Notes under the pieces: generated by a model
Seen by the model: only the letters and a program-made list of their open reading frames with translations
Told to the model about the DNA's origin: nothing
Database searches by the model: none
Shown: piece by piece, positions 32,135 to 41,941 of the stretch
Layout of the letters: each line of letters begins with the position of its first letter
Numbering within the stretch: position 1 is the first letter of the stretch
Made by a program: the position numbers and the translations under genes
Assembly: GCA_038064835.1 (NCBI GenBank)
Contig: JBBTSD010000001.1
Span: 170,361 to 234,360 of the forward strand
DNA from: Patescibacteria group bacterium
GTDB lineage: Bacteria; Patescibacteriota; Minisyncoccia; Phycocordibacterales; UBA2100
Direction: 5' to 3'
Length of the DNA: 64,000 nucleotides

Positions 32135-33061
32135 TTAGCTCACTACTCTCTTGTCTGCACGCATATTGTAGTACGCAAACAAAAGCGCGACAGCAATACC
32201 AATAACGCTTCCCAGCAATAGCGCACTCGGTTCACGGGCAAACCACTCGTGCCATTGGGTGAACAGATTAATCGAGAGGAAGACTCCTCCCAAGTTTACT
32301 GCCGCTCGCTTGTTGAGGAACAGACCTGCCACCATCAGAAGTCCGGAAAGAGCGGCCCAAGCGAGTGCAAACTGTGTTGGTGTGATGACAGAATCGTATC
32401 GGTTTCCACCAAGTGAATCGCCCCACAGAGACCCAACCCAGAATCCCAGATTTACGATAAAGAACGAGGTACCTGCGGCAAATCCGCTCATACGAGCATA
32501 GGCACCCTCAAGTTTCCTCGCAAGGACAATCGCGCCAACACCAATCAAGGTGTATGTGGCGATGGTCATAAGTGGTTTTTGAACGATCAGTCCATACATG
32601 GCATGGTGGTACATACCGCTCAAATTCAAGAGCGGTGTCGTTGCGACAACCGCAAGTCCTACCAAGAGACTGTTTTTTGACATGACCCCGGCAACAAGAA
32701 GCAGGAGTGCAATCGGGACAAAACTTTCCGTCGCCGGGTTCATCTTCAGCACCCAGGCGCATAGACCAATGGTGCCAATAATGACGGATGTGTGCGTTGC
32801 CACAAACCACTCTTTGCCAGCGTAATGTGTCGCAAAAAGACCGGCGGCAAAGAGCGCGAACGCCCCAAGCGGTATGAGTCGGAATTCCGGATCAAGCAGT
32901 GCGGACGCAGCTGCGAGCCCGGCAATGCATACTCCAATAAAAAATTGGATGGCAAAGAGTGTGGTGCTCGTACCACTTCGTGCCGCGATTTTTTCTGCTG
33001 TTGCCTTGTCCACGACCCCCTCGGCTACGAGCGAATCAATGTCCACAGTAACGCGTCTCAT
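32135..33061 (-). CDS. multi-pass membrane protein (DUF2157-like)
   Basis: N-terminal LVAEGVVD..TA..I followed by about 10 TM segments; FWVGSLWGD. Confidence 0.65.
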   Translation of the reverse strand: MRRVTVDIDSLVAEGVVDKATAEKIAARSGTSTTLFAIQFFIGVCIAGLAAASALLDPEFRLIPLGAFALFAAGLFATHYAGKEWFVATHTSVIIGTIGLCAWVLKMNPATESFVPIALLLLVAGVMSKNSLLVGLAVVATTPLLNLSGMYHHAMYGLIVQKPLMTIATYTLIGVGAIVLARKLEGAYARMSGFAAGTSFFIVNLGFWVGSLWGDSLGGNRYDSVITPTQFALAWAALSGLLMVAGLFLNKRAAVNLGGVFLSINLFTQWHEWFAREPSALLLGSVIGIAVALLFAYYNMRADKRVVS

Positions 33062-33167
33062 GTGTCGGCCCTCCAGTGAACCTCGAAAGGTTTACCACAA
33101 GAAGTTGGCAATGGCTAGTTTCCACAGGCGAAGAAACTAGCAAGGGTAGACATGCGATACTGGATGT

Positions 33168-33752
33168 ATGGCAAAGAAGAAAGCGTGGCTGCCGCTCACC
33201 GAACCCGAGAAAATACTTTTCTGGAGCAGTAATATATGGGCGCTCGCCGATGGAATGCTTGGTCCATTGTTTGCGGTGTTCGCCCAACAGCTCGGAGGCG
33301 ACATACTTTCCATCACCTGGGCATGGGCCACATTCTTAGTGGTCACTGCTGTTGGCACTTTGGCTGTGGGAAAGATGGGGGATATGTTTGGAGGGCACCA
33401 CACTCTTTCGGTGATGGGGTATTTCACCACTGCTTTTTTCACCTTTGGCTACTTACTGGTCACCACACCCTTCGAACTTTTTGTGGTGCAAGCCGGGCTC
33501 GGTTTGGGGCTCGCGCTTTCAAATCCCACTTGGTACGCATTGTATGATCGCTACTCAGGAACAGGTAAGCACGACGGTCTTGTGTGGGGATTTGCAACTG
33601 CGGGTGGTCAGATTGCCCAGGCATGTGCCATTATGATTGGCGGCCTCATCGTGACTCATTTTTCGTTCGCGACACTGTTCACGATCATGGGCACACTCTC
33701 TTTGTGCGCCGCATTTTGGCAAGCAAAAATTCTTCGCTACGCGGCGCGTTGA
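33168..33752 (+). CDS. half-size MFS transporter
   Basis: 194 aa, 6 TM, motif A GKMGDMFG, Q..LG.G.A...P; intact start and stop. Confidence 0.75.
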   Translation: MAKKKAWLPLTEPEKILFWSSNIWALADGMLGPLFAVFAQQLGGDILSITWAWATFLVVTAVGTLAVGKMGDMFGGHHTLSVMGYFTTAFFTFGYLLVTTPFELFVVQAGLGLGLALSNPTWYALYDRYSGTGKHDGLVWGFATAGGQIAQACAIMIGGLIVTHFSFATLFTIMGTLSLCAAFWQAKILRYAAR

Positions 33753-33785
33753 GATTCATTGCATTGCATAGTATTCTGGCATCAC

Positions 33786-33861
33786 GCCGATGTAGCTCAG
33801 TTGGCAGAGCACGTCCTTGGTAAGGACGAGGTCTCCGGTTCGATCCCGGACATCGGCTCCA
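33786..33861 (+). tRNA. tRNA-Thr(GGT)
   Basis: GCCGATGTAGCTCAG...TT-GGT-AA...CATCGGCTCCA. Confidence 0.95.
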
Positions 33862-34316
33862 GTTTCAAAGTCAGAGAATCCCCGCCGTCAGAAAAATGTT
33901 CCGCAGACTTCCCAAAGCGATTCACCGCGTTGCCGCCGACTACCTCGGGTCCCACGAGTGGCTCGGCTACTTCCGGTGGCGGCGTCATGCTGCCCGCAGG
34001 AAATAATGTAACGCCACCCACGACGAACACTGAAATCTCGATCGGTATTCCGGCACTATGTCCGAACCTCTCGCGCAATCTCGCGCGTGGCTCACGCGGC
34101 GAAGATGTCCGACAGCTCCAAGTATTTCTTAGCTACAAGAGCCGTTACCTTGAAGCGGGAAATGCAACAGGCTTCTTCGGCCCCCTCACCGAAGCTGCCG
34201 TCAAAAAATTCCAATGTGAGCGTGTGAACTTGTGTTCTGGTTCCGTCGCAACGAACGGCTACGGATCAGTAGGACCACGCACGCGCTCAGTGATTGCAGC
34301 GCAATGTCAATTATAG
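33862..34316 (+). pseudogene. 5'-truncated peptidoglycan-binding domain gene
   Basis: Open frame starts at the tRNA CCA with no signal peptide; LARGSRGEDVRQLQ..TGFFGPLTEAAVKKFQ..GYGSVGPRTR. Confidence 0.6.
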
Positions 34317-34469
34317 TTATTTCTTCCCGACGCATCATAGGGAGCTATCCCCGCCGTTTATGCTGTTCCTCAAAACGGCGGGGATGATTGCGCGCGCATC
34401 GGCGACAGGAGGCAGGGGCGACGATAATATAGCACTCTGGAAGAGTAAAAAGCATGTTATTCTGATTTT

Positions 34470-37400
34470 ATGATTTTGGTGCGGGGGCTATCTTTTATAG
34501 TCACAATAATTGCAATAACGGGTCTACCTGTTCTAGTATCCGCAGCAACTCCTACTGGCTACCTTGATGGCGTACAAGCGGATGGCATTGCTCTTGGTTG
34601 GGCACTTGATCCCGACATGGCATCTCAATCAATTCAGGTACATTTCTATATCGACGGCCCCGCAGGTCAGGGCACATTGATTGGTGCATCCACCGCAAAT
34701 GTGCCGCGTGCCGATGTAAATTCGGTGATGAATGCGACAGGCAATCATGGTTTCTCATTTCAAATTCCTGCTGCCTATGTCGGAGGGTCACACCAATTGT
34801 ATGCATACGCTATCGACTCATCAGGAACAGGAGAAAATCCGAATCTTCCTAACTCGCCAAAAACTTTTACGATAAGTGCAGTAAATAAACCTGTTGTTGG
34901 GTACATCGATCAAGTCGCGAGTGACGGCACGGTATCAGGCTGGGCCTTTGATCCAGATGCTCCGTCACAGTCAATCGGTGTACATGTGTATATTGATGCG
35001 CCCGCAGGACAAGGTTCGCCAGTCGCTTTCAGTCAGGCTGCTAGTGCGAGGCCGGACGTCAATAATACGTACGCGATTACGGGAACACATGGATTCAACA
35101 TCCCGATTCCGCAGAATCTTCACGACGGCAAAAGTCATACAATGTACGTGTACGGCGTCGACACCACTTCAGGAGTTATAAATCCACAATTGCAGGGTTC
35201 GCCACGAACGGTCACACTCGTTCCGCGAGTACAGTCATCGATCGGTAATGCGGTTATTAATGCAAACGGTATCACCATAAAGACTTCGGCTCGTGTTTCG
35301 GGTGCTATAGATTCACTCATGTGGAATGGCAAAGAGTTTGTTGACAGCGCTGATCACGGGCGGCAGATTCAAACCGCATGGGCAGGTGGCGACTTCGGCG
35401 AGTGTTTTAACCCTACGGAGGCAGGTTCGTTACGTGATGGTCCAGGGCACTATTCAACAAGTCAGCTCCTCTCGCTAACGACATCGGTAAATTCACTCAC
35501 AACGGTAAGTCACCCTGCGTTCTGGCAAACGCCTGGAACGTATGGTGAAAATTGCAATTTTGACAATAATCCTGCAGATCAGTGGTTGGGTGGTCCAACT
35601 ATCAACGCGACGGATCAGACACGCGGGACACTTAATAAAACCATAACAATAGGCGTTCCAGGGCTGCCTAGCGTGATTGAGTATATCTCGCGTATTACAT
35701 TCGACGCTCAAGAGCTCTCAAAAGTTCCGCTCAAATATATCATTCTCGAGAATCCGGCGGTATACATGCCGACTGAGTTTAAGAGAATTTATCGCGTTGA
35801 CGCAACCGGCGCACTCGTTGAGCTCGGTCCAAATAAACCGCATTTTAATAAGTTCATACTAGATCCTGTAATATTAGCAACTGAGGACGGGAAATACGCA
35901 CTCGGGCTCTACTCGGATGAAATTCCACGCACTGGGTACACACAGGGCGCCCAAACAGGGTATACGGGCTACGGTATTTATAACTGGGTCGTTGCCATGG
36001 GAATGGACACTCGTGCCCCCAAGTTTCCAACGAGCGGGAATTTTTTTAGTGCTGGAACATATACATACACATCATATCTCGCAGTGGGAACGCTAGAGGA
36101 TGTGAGGGCGGCCATACAAAAATTAGCCACCCCGAAACCAACTACTACAGTAGTAGATTCTGTCACCGTGCCCCCAACGATATCGCCATTTATAGACACG
36201 AGTAACGGCGCGGTAACCTCGTCGCCCGGCGCTGAGCTCACCAGAACAACCATTGACGCGCTTCGCGCGCAAATTCAGACGCTGATCGCTCAAATTGCTG
36301 CGTTGAAACGAAAAGTAGTTGCTCCAACTGCGCCGTTCGCCAGTAGTGCGTCATGTCCGAATCTTACACGAAATCTCTCGCGCGGCAGTCGAGGTAGCGA
36401 TGTGATTTCGCTTCAGCAGGTTCTCATCGCGCAAGGGCTTTTGAGCAGAGATTCCGCGACAGGATTCTTTGGGGCAATGACCGAAGCATCTGTGCAAAGG
36501 TGGCAGACGCAAAATTCAATCGTCGCGGATGGTGCTGCGAATACGACTGGTTACGGCGTTGTTGGTGTAAGAACACGCGCGGCGATAGCCGCGCGATGTG
36601 GAACGAAATCGGCTGTCGCGCGGTCCTGTCCCAATTATGCTCCAATATTCTGTAGTAACGGCCAGCATGTGCAGCCAGGCGCTACAGACGCAAACGGTTG
36701 CCAGGGCGTGTCCATGTGCGTGAATGACACTGTCGTCCAATCTTGTCCCGTCTACAATCCATGCCCATCTGGATATTCCACCAATACATCCATTGACTCG
36801 AATGGTTGCGCAAAAAATAGTTGCACACCTGTGTCTCAAAACACCGGCTCGTTAACAGTATCGCACACATATGGCTCCGCTCCTTTGACCGTCATGTTCA
36901 GTGGATCAAGTGGACAGAGCGTCGTATCGGAAGTTGCAGTATGGATTGATTTCGGTGATGGCTCGGTAGATGATTCTATTGGGCCCGGCAGCTTCTCGAA
37001 AACGCACACCTACGCATCACCTGGCACTTATTCAGCGAAGCTTCAATGGCGCACCTTTGGTCAAGCAAGTTCGAATTTCCCGACGAATACAATCGGTACA
37101 GTGACAGTTACAGTGGGCGCACAAGCGAGTTCGACACCGACCATTCATGTAATGAATCCAAATGGCGGCGAAACACTCAATGCTGGTAGTGCGACAACTG
37201 TACAGTGGGACGCGTCAAATGTTCCTGCAACTGTGAATGTTGGAAACGCGCAGGTAAGCTACAAAATCGGATTGAAGTTAATAAATCCGAGCGGGAATGT
37301 CGTTGGCTATATTCCGCTCGGTTCAGATCTGTTCGATGGTGCTGTGAGAAGTACACGATGGGACCCCGCGTCGCTTAGCGGCGGATTTTCAGCACTGAAT

Positions 37401-37604
37401 CAGCTGAAAGTAAAGGCTTCAGTCATCAAGCAAACAAACCAATGCGTTTCAGCCGCCACCACGAATTCGTCGCTTGCAGATTCGCAGATCACTTGTATCA
37501 GCGAAGAAACGGTTGCATCCGACGATAGCGACAGCTGGTTTTCGGTGAAAGGGGCGACAGTTTGCGATAACACTGTTTCGCCGATGATTTGCACACAATC
37601 ATAA
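34470..37604 (+). CDS. large secreted/surface protein with Ig-like repeats, PG-binding and PKD domains
   Basis: Signal peptide; two GW.DPD...RxDVN...HGF repeats; PG-binding LSRGSRGSDV; PKD IDFGDG..HTYASPGTY; PNGGE motif. Confidence 0.85.
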   Translation: MILVRGLSFIVTIIAITGLPVLVSAATPTGYLDGVQADGIALGWALDPDMASQSIQVHFYIDGPAGQGTLIGASTANVPRADVNSVMNATGNHGFSFQIPAAYVGGSHQLYAYAIDSSGTGENPNLPNSPKTFTISAVNKPVVGYIDQVASDGTVSGWAFDPDAPSQSIGVHVYIDAPAGQGSPVAFSQAASARPDVNNTYAITGTHGFNIPIPQNLHDGKSHTMYVYGVDTTSGVINPQLQGSPRTVTLVPRVQSSIGNAVINANGITIKTSARVSGAIDSLMWNGKEFVDSADHGRQIQTAWAGGDFGECFNPTEAGSLRDGPGHYSTSQLLSLTTSVNSLTTVSHPAFWQTPGTYGENCNFDNNPADQWLGGPTINATDQTRGTLNKTITIGVPGLPSVIEYISRITFDAQELSKVPLKYIILENPAVYMPTEFKRIYRVDATGALVELGPNKPHFNKFILDPVILATEDGKYALGLYSDEIPRTGYTQGAQTGYTGYGIYNWVVAMGMDTRAPKFPTSGNFFSAGTYTYTSYLAVGTLEDVRAAIQKLATPKPTTTVVDSVTVPPTISPFIDTSNGAVTSSPGAELTRTTIDALRAQIQTLIAQIAALKRKVVAPTAPFASSASCPNLTRNLSRGSRGSDVISLQQVLIAQGLLSRDSATGFFGAMTEASVQRWQTQNSIVADGAANTTGYGVVGVRTRAAIAARCGTKSAVARSCPNYAPIFCSNGQHVQPGATDANGCQGVSMCVNDTVVQSCPVYNPCPSGYSTNTSIDSNGCAKNSCTPVSQNTGSLTVSHTYGSAPLTVMFSGSSGQSVVSEVAVWIDFGDGSVDDSIGPGSFSKTHTYASPGTYSAKLQWRTFGQASSNFPTNTIGTVTVTVGAQASSTPTIHVMNPNGGETLNAGSATTVQWDASNVPATVNVGNAQVSYKIGLKLINPSGNVVGYIPLGSDLFDGAVRSTRWDPASLSGGFSALNQLKVKASVIKQTNQCVSAATTNSSLADSQITCISEETVASDDSDSWFSVKGATVCDNTVSPMICTQS

Positions 37605-37769
37605 AGGTGGGGGAGTCTAGGGAGCAACCACGCCGTTTTAAAATATTCTTTCAAAACGACCCAGCCATTGACTTATACCCGTATTTGGTATATAATACCG
37701 ATAGGAATGTCTATCGCTCAAGCGGAGAGCGGAGGCATTTCTTTCCTCTGGCAGAAGCGGAGTAAAGAA

Positions 37770-38630
37770 GTGAACACTCACACTCAGTATACGCACCCGC
37801 TGGGCGCATTCGTTGGCGTCGGCCTCGGCGCGTACCTGTCGATGCATATCATGCATTGGGGCTTCGGCCTCGTGCTCGGTATGGTTACCGGCGCACTCAT
37901 GGGTGATATCGTCGCGATCGCGAAGGGCTTCGGCCGAGCGGCCATATTCCTTGCACGGTTTCCACATTGGGGTCGATGGTGGGCCGCCTACCTCTCGAGC
38001 AGTCTCGCCTTCGCGGTGAATCTGTTCCTGTGGTTCTCACTCGTCGTCGGGCTCGATTCGGTGGGGAATCCGGCTGCATCCATTCAGCATCTCAGATGGT
38101 GGCACGAACGGTTCATCGGCGGCTTCAGTGCCGATGCGATGACCGGCGGCGCCTACATTGCGTTGTTTTTCGGCCTGCTCGTGAGCCTCATCATTACGCT
38201 TATGAGTGTTTGCGAACCGCGGTGGGGTGACAAGCGGGGCACTGGCCAGATACTCAGCGACATCAGGAACACCGCGATCAAGGGCGGCGTTATCGCCACC
38301 CCGGTGGCACTGCCGTTCTTTGTCCTGTTGTGGGCCTTTCGTTCTCGGTCTGTGATGTGGCGATATGTCACTGCCCAGATCTATTTCACCGCCGGCTTCT
38401 TCGCTGAAGTGAATGGGCATGTGGTCTCGTCGGCAGCGTTCGGCTCGCTGATCGGGGGCCTGTTCGGTCTTCTGGTCGGCGACTGGCGCATCGGTGCCGT
38501 GACCGGCGCAGTCCTGTGTGAGTGCTTCTATTTCGTCCATGAGCCGGTTGGCCAGTGGGCGGAGGCGAAGATCGAGGCGATGGGAATTCGCCACGAGGAT
38601 CGCGACGGCGTCTACTACAAGTACAACTGA
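37770..38630 (+). CDS. hypothetical membrane protein
   Basis: Gly-rich TM segments; GC-rich codons; start uncertain (37668, 37707 or 37770). Confidence 0.6.
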   Translation: MNTHTQYTHPLGAFVGVGLGAYLSMHIMHWGFGLVLGMVTGALMGDIVAIAKGFGRAAIFLARFPHWGRWWAAYLSSSLAFAVNLFLWFSLVVGLDSVGNPAASIQHLRWWHERFIGGFSADAMTGGAYIALFFGLLVSLIITLMSVCEPRWGDKRGTGQILSDIRNTAIKGGVIATPVALPFFVLLWAFRSRSVMWRYVTAQIYFTAGFFAEVNGHVVSSAAFGSLIGGLFGLLVGDWRIGAVTGAVLCECFYFVHEPVGQWAEAKIEAMGIRHEDRDGVYYKYN

Positions 38631-38646
38631 GCATGCAGGAAAGAAG

Positions 38647-38672
38647 CGGCCGGGCAAGCAATTGCCCGGCCG
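38647..38672 (+). terminator. rho-independent terminator
   Basis: CGGCCGGGCAA-GCAA-TTGCCCGGCCG followed by TGTTTTG. Confidence 0.75.
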
Positions 38673-38716
38673 TGTTTTGTTGTGGATATGCTATATTCTG
38701 ACAGCATACAAAGCAT

Positions 38717-38792
38717 GCCGAGGTAGCTCAGTTGGTAGAGCAACCGCTTCGTAAGCGGTAGGTCGCGGGTTCGACTCCCGCCCTCGGCTCCA
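38717..38792 (+). tRNA. tRNA-Thr(CGT)
   Basis: GCCGAGGTAGCTCAG...TT-CGT-AA...CCTCGGCTCCA. Confidence 0.95.
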
Positions 38793-38869
38793 GAAAGAAA
38801 CGAACAGGATGCGGTAGCATCCTGCGAGTGTTCTTTCTTGCCGAGGAGGGAGTCGAAAGGCGGAGGCTC

Positions 38870-39883
38870 ATGAAAATATTCACACATGCTATGACTTCAC
38901 TATTTTTTGCGCCGACTGTTATTTCTGTTGCCGCGTTGGGGCTTGTAGGAATCTTTCTGGGCCCACTTGCGTTCCTTACAGCAGCGCTCCTTGTTATCCT
39001 TGAGGTCACACTTTCGTTCGACAACGCTGTGGTCAACGCAAAAGTTTTGCGCACCATGAGCCCGCTCTGGCAACAACGCTTCCTCACTTGGGGTATTTTT
39101 ATGGCCGTCATTCTGACTCGCGCAGTGCTCCCGATACTCATTGTTGCCGCATCGGTGATGTCGTCGCCATGGCTCATTGCAAAAATTGCTGCAACAGATC
39201 CGCAGAGGTACGCACATCTCCTTGAAGGTGCAGAACATATCATCGCGAGTTTTGGGGGTATTTTTCTCACGATGGTCGGTCTCAAATACTTTTTCGACGA
39301 AGGCAAAGATGTGCACTGGATTCACGCAGTAGAAGAACGACTTGCGCACTGGGGAAGTATTGAGGCGTTGGAAATAGCGCTCGGCCTCGGAGTCCTAGCA
39401 CTCGTTGCATGGCTCGTCCCTGCACATGGCTTGGGAATTTTGTTTGCAGGTATTATTGCTATCATCCTTTTTATTGTGGTGCAGGGCCTGGCCAATGCGT
39501 TTTCGGCATCGACAGAAAGTGTTGCTCAGGCTGGATTCGCTCTGTTCATATATCTCAACATCCTTGATGCCGCTTTCTCGCTGGACAGTGTGGTGGGTGC
39601 GTTCGCGCTTTCCACTCAGCTTCCCATCATTATCGTTGGTCTTGGCATCGGCGCATACTTCGTACGCTCACTGACGGTATACATGGTGCGACACGGCACG
39701 CTGGAACAAATCCGGTATATCGAGCATGGAGCACATTGGGCAATTCTTGGTCTTGCCGCCGCTATGATTGCGAATTTATTTATAGATGTGCCCGAGCCTG
39801 TTACCGGCCTTATAGGACTTCTCTTTGTCGGTGCCGCGTATGTCTCATCAATTCGTTCGGTCCATAGCAATATTGCAAAGTAA
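38870..39883 (+). CDS. DUF475 (TerC-like) membrane protein
   Basis: LEVTLSFDNAVVNA, WQQRFLTWG, LDAAFSLDSV.GAFA, EHGAHWAI. Confidence 0.88.
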   Translation: MKIFTHAMTSLFFAPTVISVAALGLVGIFLGPLAFLTAALLVILEVTLSFDNAVVNAKVLRTMSPLWQQRFLTWGIFMAVILTRAVLPILIVAASVMSSPWLIAKIAATDPQRYAHLLEGAEHIIASFGGIFLTMVGLKYFFDEGKDVHWIHAVEERLAHWGSIEALEIALGLGVLALVAWLVPAHGLGILFAGIIAIILFIVVQGLANAFSASTESVAQAGFALFIYLNILDAAFSLDSVVGAFALSTQLPIIIVGLGIGAYFVRSLTVYMVRHGTLEQIRYIEHGAHWAILGLAAAMIANLFIDVPEPVTGLIGLLFVGAAYVSSIRSVHSNIAK

Positions 39884-39933
39884 TAAAAATTATTGTATAG
39901 TCGAATCGGTAAAAATGACAGGAAGGGTACGAC

Positions 39934-40932
39934 ATGTCGCTGACATGGGGGACATTCAGTCTTTCAATCTCATTTTGGGCGGTCTTTGCAAGCGTTGCGC
40001 TCTTCATTCTGTGGCGCATTCTGCGTGCAGATAAAATGAAGCGGCGTATTCGGATTGGCAAGACGCAATCCGAGGGCGAGCATGCAATCGCTGTGTTGGA
40101 TGTGCAGGGGCCTATCCTCGACGACACGCGAGGCATTCCGTTTTTCTTGCGCGGTCGTGTGTGTTCGGGCTCGCAGATACGAAGCGTGCTCGAACAGCTT
40201 GCTGAAGATGATGCCGTGAAAGGTGTCATTGTTCGATACAACACACCCGGAGGCACCATGAACGGTGCCGAATCAATCCGACGAGGTGTCGCCTTGTGCA
40301 AAGCAAAGAAGCCAGTGTACGCGCATGTGGGTGATGTGTCGGCTTCGGGTGGTTTGTGGGCAATGTGCTCGAGCACCAAGACTTTTGCGCGTGCCGGAAG
40401 CCTGGTGGGCAGTATCGGTGTGCGTATGGGCACCATCCTCAGCTATCAAAATGTGCGTGAGGTGGGTGACAAATTTAGCTATGTTGCCGCAGAAAAAGTC
40501 ACGGCAACGCCACTTTCGGCTGGCCGAGGGAAGATGTTTAGTGACCCCTTCTCGCCCCATGATCCAGAAGTGCTCGCGCATTATCAAAGTATGCTCACGG
40601 CCTCATATCAACAGTTCTGTGGCATTGTTGCTCGTGAGCGCAAGCTCGAACCGGCAAAAGTCGAGAGCCTTGGCGCCCTCGTTTTTCACACCGAGGATGC
40701 GATTGCGCATGGCCTGATAGACGGCTGTGCCGATGAAGGCGAAGTTGTTGAAAAAATGGCCGAGGAGCTTGGTGTCGACAAAGACGACTGTGCAGTTATG
40801 GTTGTCCAAATGGGTGGCAGACTTGCCGCACTGACAGGCCAGGTTGCTGAAATATTGCACGCCGGTGATGTGCGCCAGCACATGCGTCTCGCGCTTTCGC
40901 GTGTGCCCATTCTGGCAATGTTGCACGATTGA
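39934..40932 (+). CDS. sppA: S49 family signal peptide peptidase (SppA-like)
   Basis: NTPGG, KKPV, SASGG, GSIGV, AGRGK. Confidence 0.85.
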   Translation: MSLTWGTFSLSISFWAVFASVALFILWRILRADKMKRRIRIGKTQSEGEHAIAVLDVQGPILDDTRGIPFFLRGRVCSGSQIRSVLEQLAEDDAVKGVIVRYNTPGGTMNGAESIRRGVALCKAKKPVYAHVGDVSASGGLWAMCSSTKTFARAGSLVGSIGVRMGTILSYQNVREVGDKFSYVAAEKVTATPLSAGRGKMFSDPFSPHDPEVLAHYQSMLTASYQQFCGIVARERKLEPAKVESLGALVFHTEDAIAHGLIDGCADEGEVVEKMAEELGVDKDDCAVMVVQMGGRLAALTGQVAEILHAGDVRQHMRLALSRVPILAMLHD

Positions 40933-41005
40933 TGATTGGCGGGCCTGTGGCCCGCCTTTTCTACACCCCTATTTTTATGTATCAGCAGTCGGTATACTGC
41001 CATGC

Positions 41006-41896
41006 ATGAAGCGCAGTAAAGAAGCTATTGAGGCGCGTATCGCGGAAATTGAGGCCGGCATGGCCGCCCCTGATTTTTGGGCACAAAAGGACAGGGCGCA
41101 AAAGATGATGCAAGAGTACCAAGATTTAAAACTGGAACTCGCAGGCGCGGATGTTTACGACAAAGGTGGTGCCATAATTTCAATCCTGTCAGGTGCTGGT
41201 GGTGACGATGCCGAAGATTTTTCAGGCATGCTTTTCCGTATGTACATGCGCTATGCAGAAGGGCGTGGCTGGAACACATTGCTTCTAGCTCAGAACCAAA
41301 ATTCGCACGGCGGGTTTCGCAATGTGTCGTTCGAGGTGTCTGGGAAAAATGTATACAAATCACTCAAGCATGAAAACGGTGTGCATCGATTGGTGCGCAT
41401 ATCTCCCTTCAACGCACAAGGAAAGAGGCAGACCAGCTTTTCTCTGGTTGAGGTGGTTCCGATTCTGCCACCTGGAACCGCCATTGTTCTTAAGGACGAT
41501 GAAGTGGAAGTGATTTTTGCCAAGGCTGGTGGGCCGGGTGGGCAGAATGTAAACAAGAGAGAGACGGCAGTGCGTGCGACACATAAGCCAACCGGTTTTA
41601 CCGTACATGTCACAACCGAGCGCAACCAAGCGCAAAATAAAGAAAAAGCACTTGAGATGTTGCGTGGGAAGCTTTTTAAGAAACAGGAAGAAGATCGTGA
41701 CAAAGAAGCGCGAGGTCTTTCCATTTCGTCCACAACCTCGATTGAGTGGGGGAATCAGATTCGGTCCTATGTGCTCCACCCATATCAGCTGGTCAAAGAC
41801 CACCGTACCGACTCCGAGCGGTCCGATCCGGATCGGGTACTCGACGGAGATATTCAATCATTCATTGATGCGATGGAGGCACAATCTGGCCAGTAG
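41006..41896 (+). CDS. prfB: peptide chain release factor 2 (short form)
   Basis: GAGG, GVHRLVRISPF (SPF), GGPGGQNVN (GGQ), WGNQIRSYVLHPY. Confidence 0.93.
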   Translation: MKRSKEAIEARIAEIEAGMAAPDFWAQKDRAQKMMQEYQDLKLELAGADVYDKGGAIISILSGAGGDDAEDFSGMLFRMYMRYAEGRGWNTLLLAQNQNSHGGFRNVSFEVSGKNVYKSLKHENGVHRLVRISPFNAQGKRQTSFSLVEVVPILPPGTAIVLKDDEVEVIFAKAGGPGGQNVNKRETAVRATHKPTGFTVHVTTERNQAQNKEKALEMLRGKLFKKQEEDRDKEARGLSISSTTSIEWGNQIRSYVLHPYQLVKDHRTDSERSDPDRVLDGDIQSFIDAMEAQSGQ

Positions 41897-41941
41897 CGAT
41901 TTTTCCACACATACAAGGTGTAGTGGTATACTAAAAGGCGC

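Noticed and set aside
33759-33861. ORF starts reading through tRNA-Thr (similarly 48458 through tRNA-Gln)
   Set aside because: Chance open frames across tRNA genes
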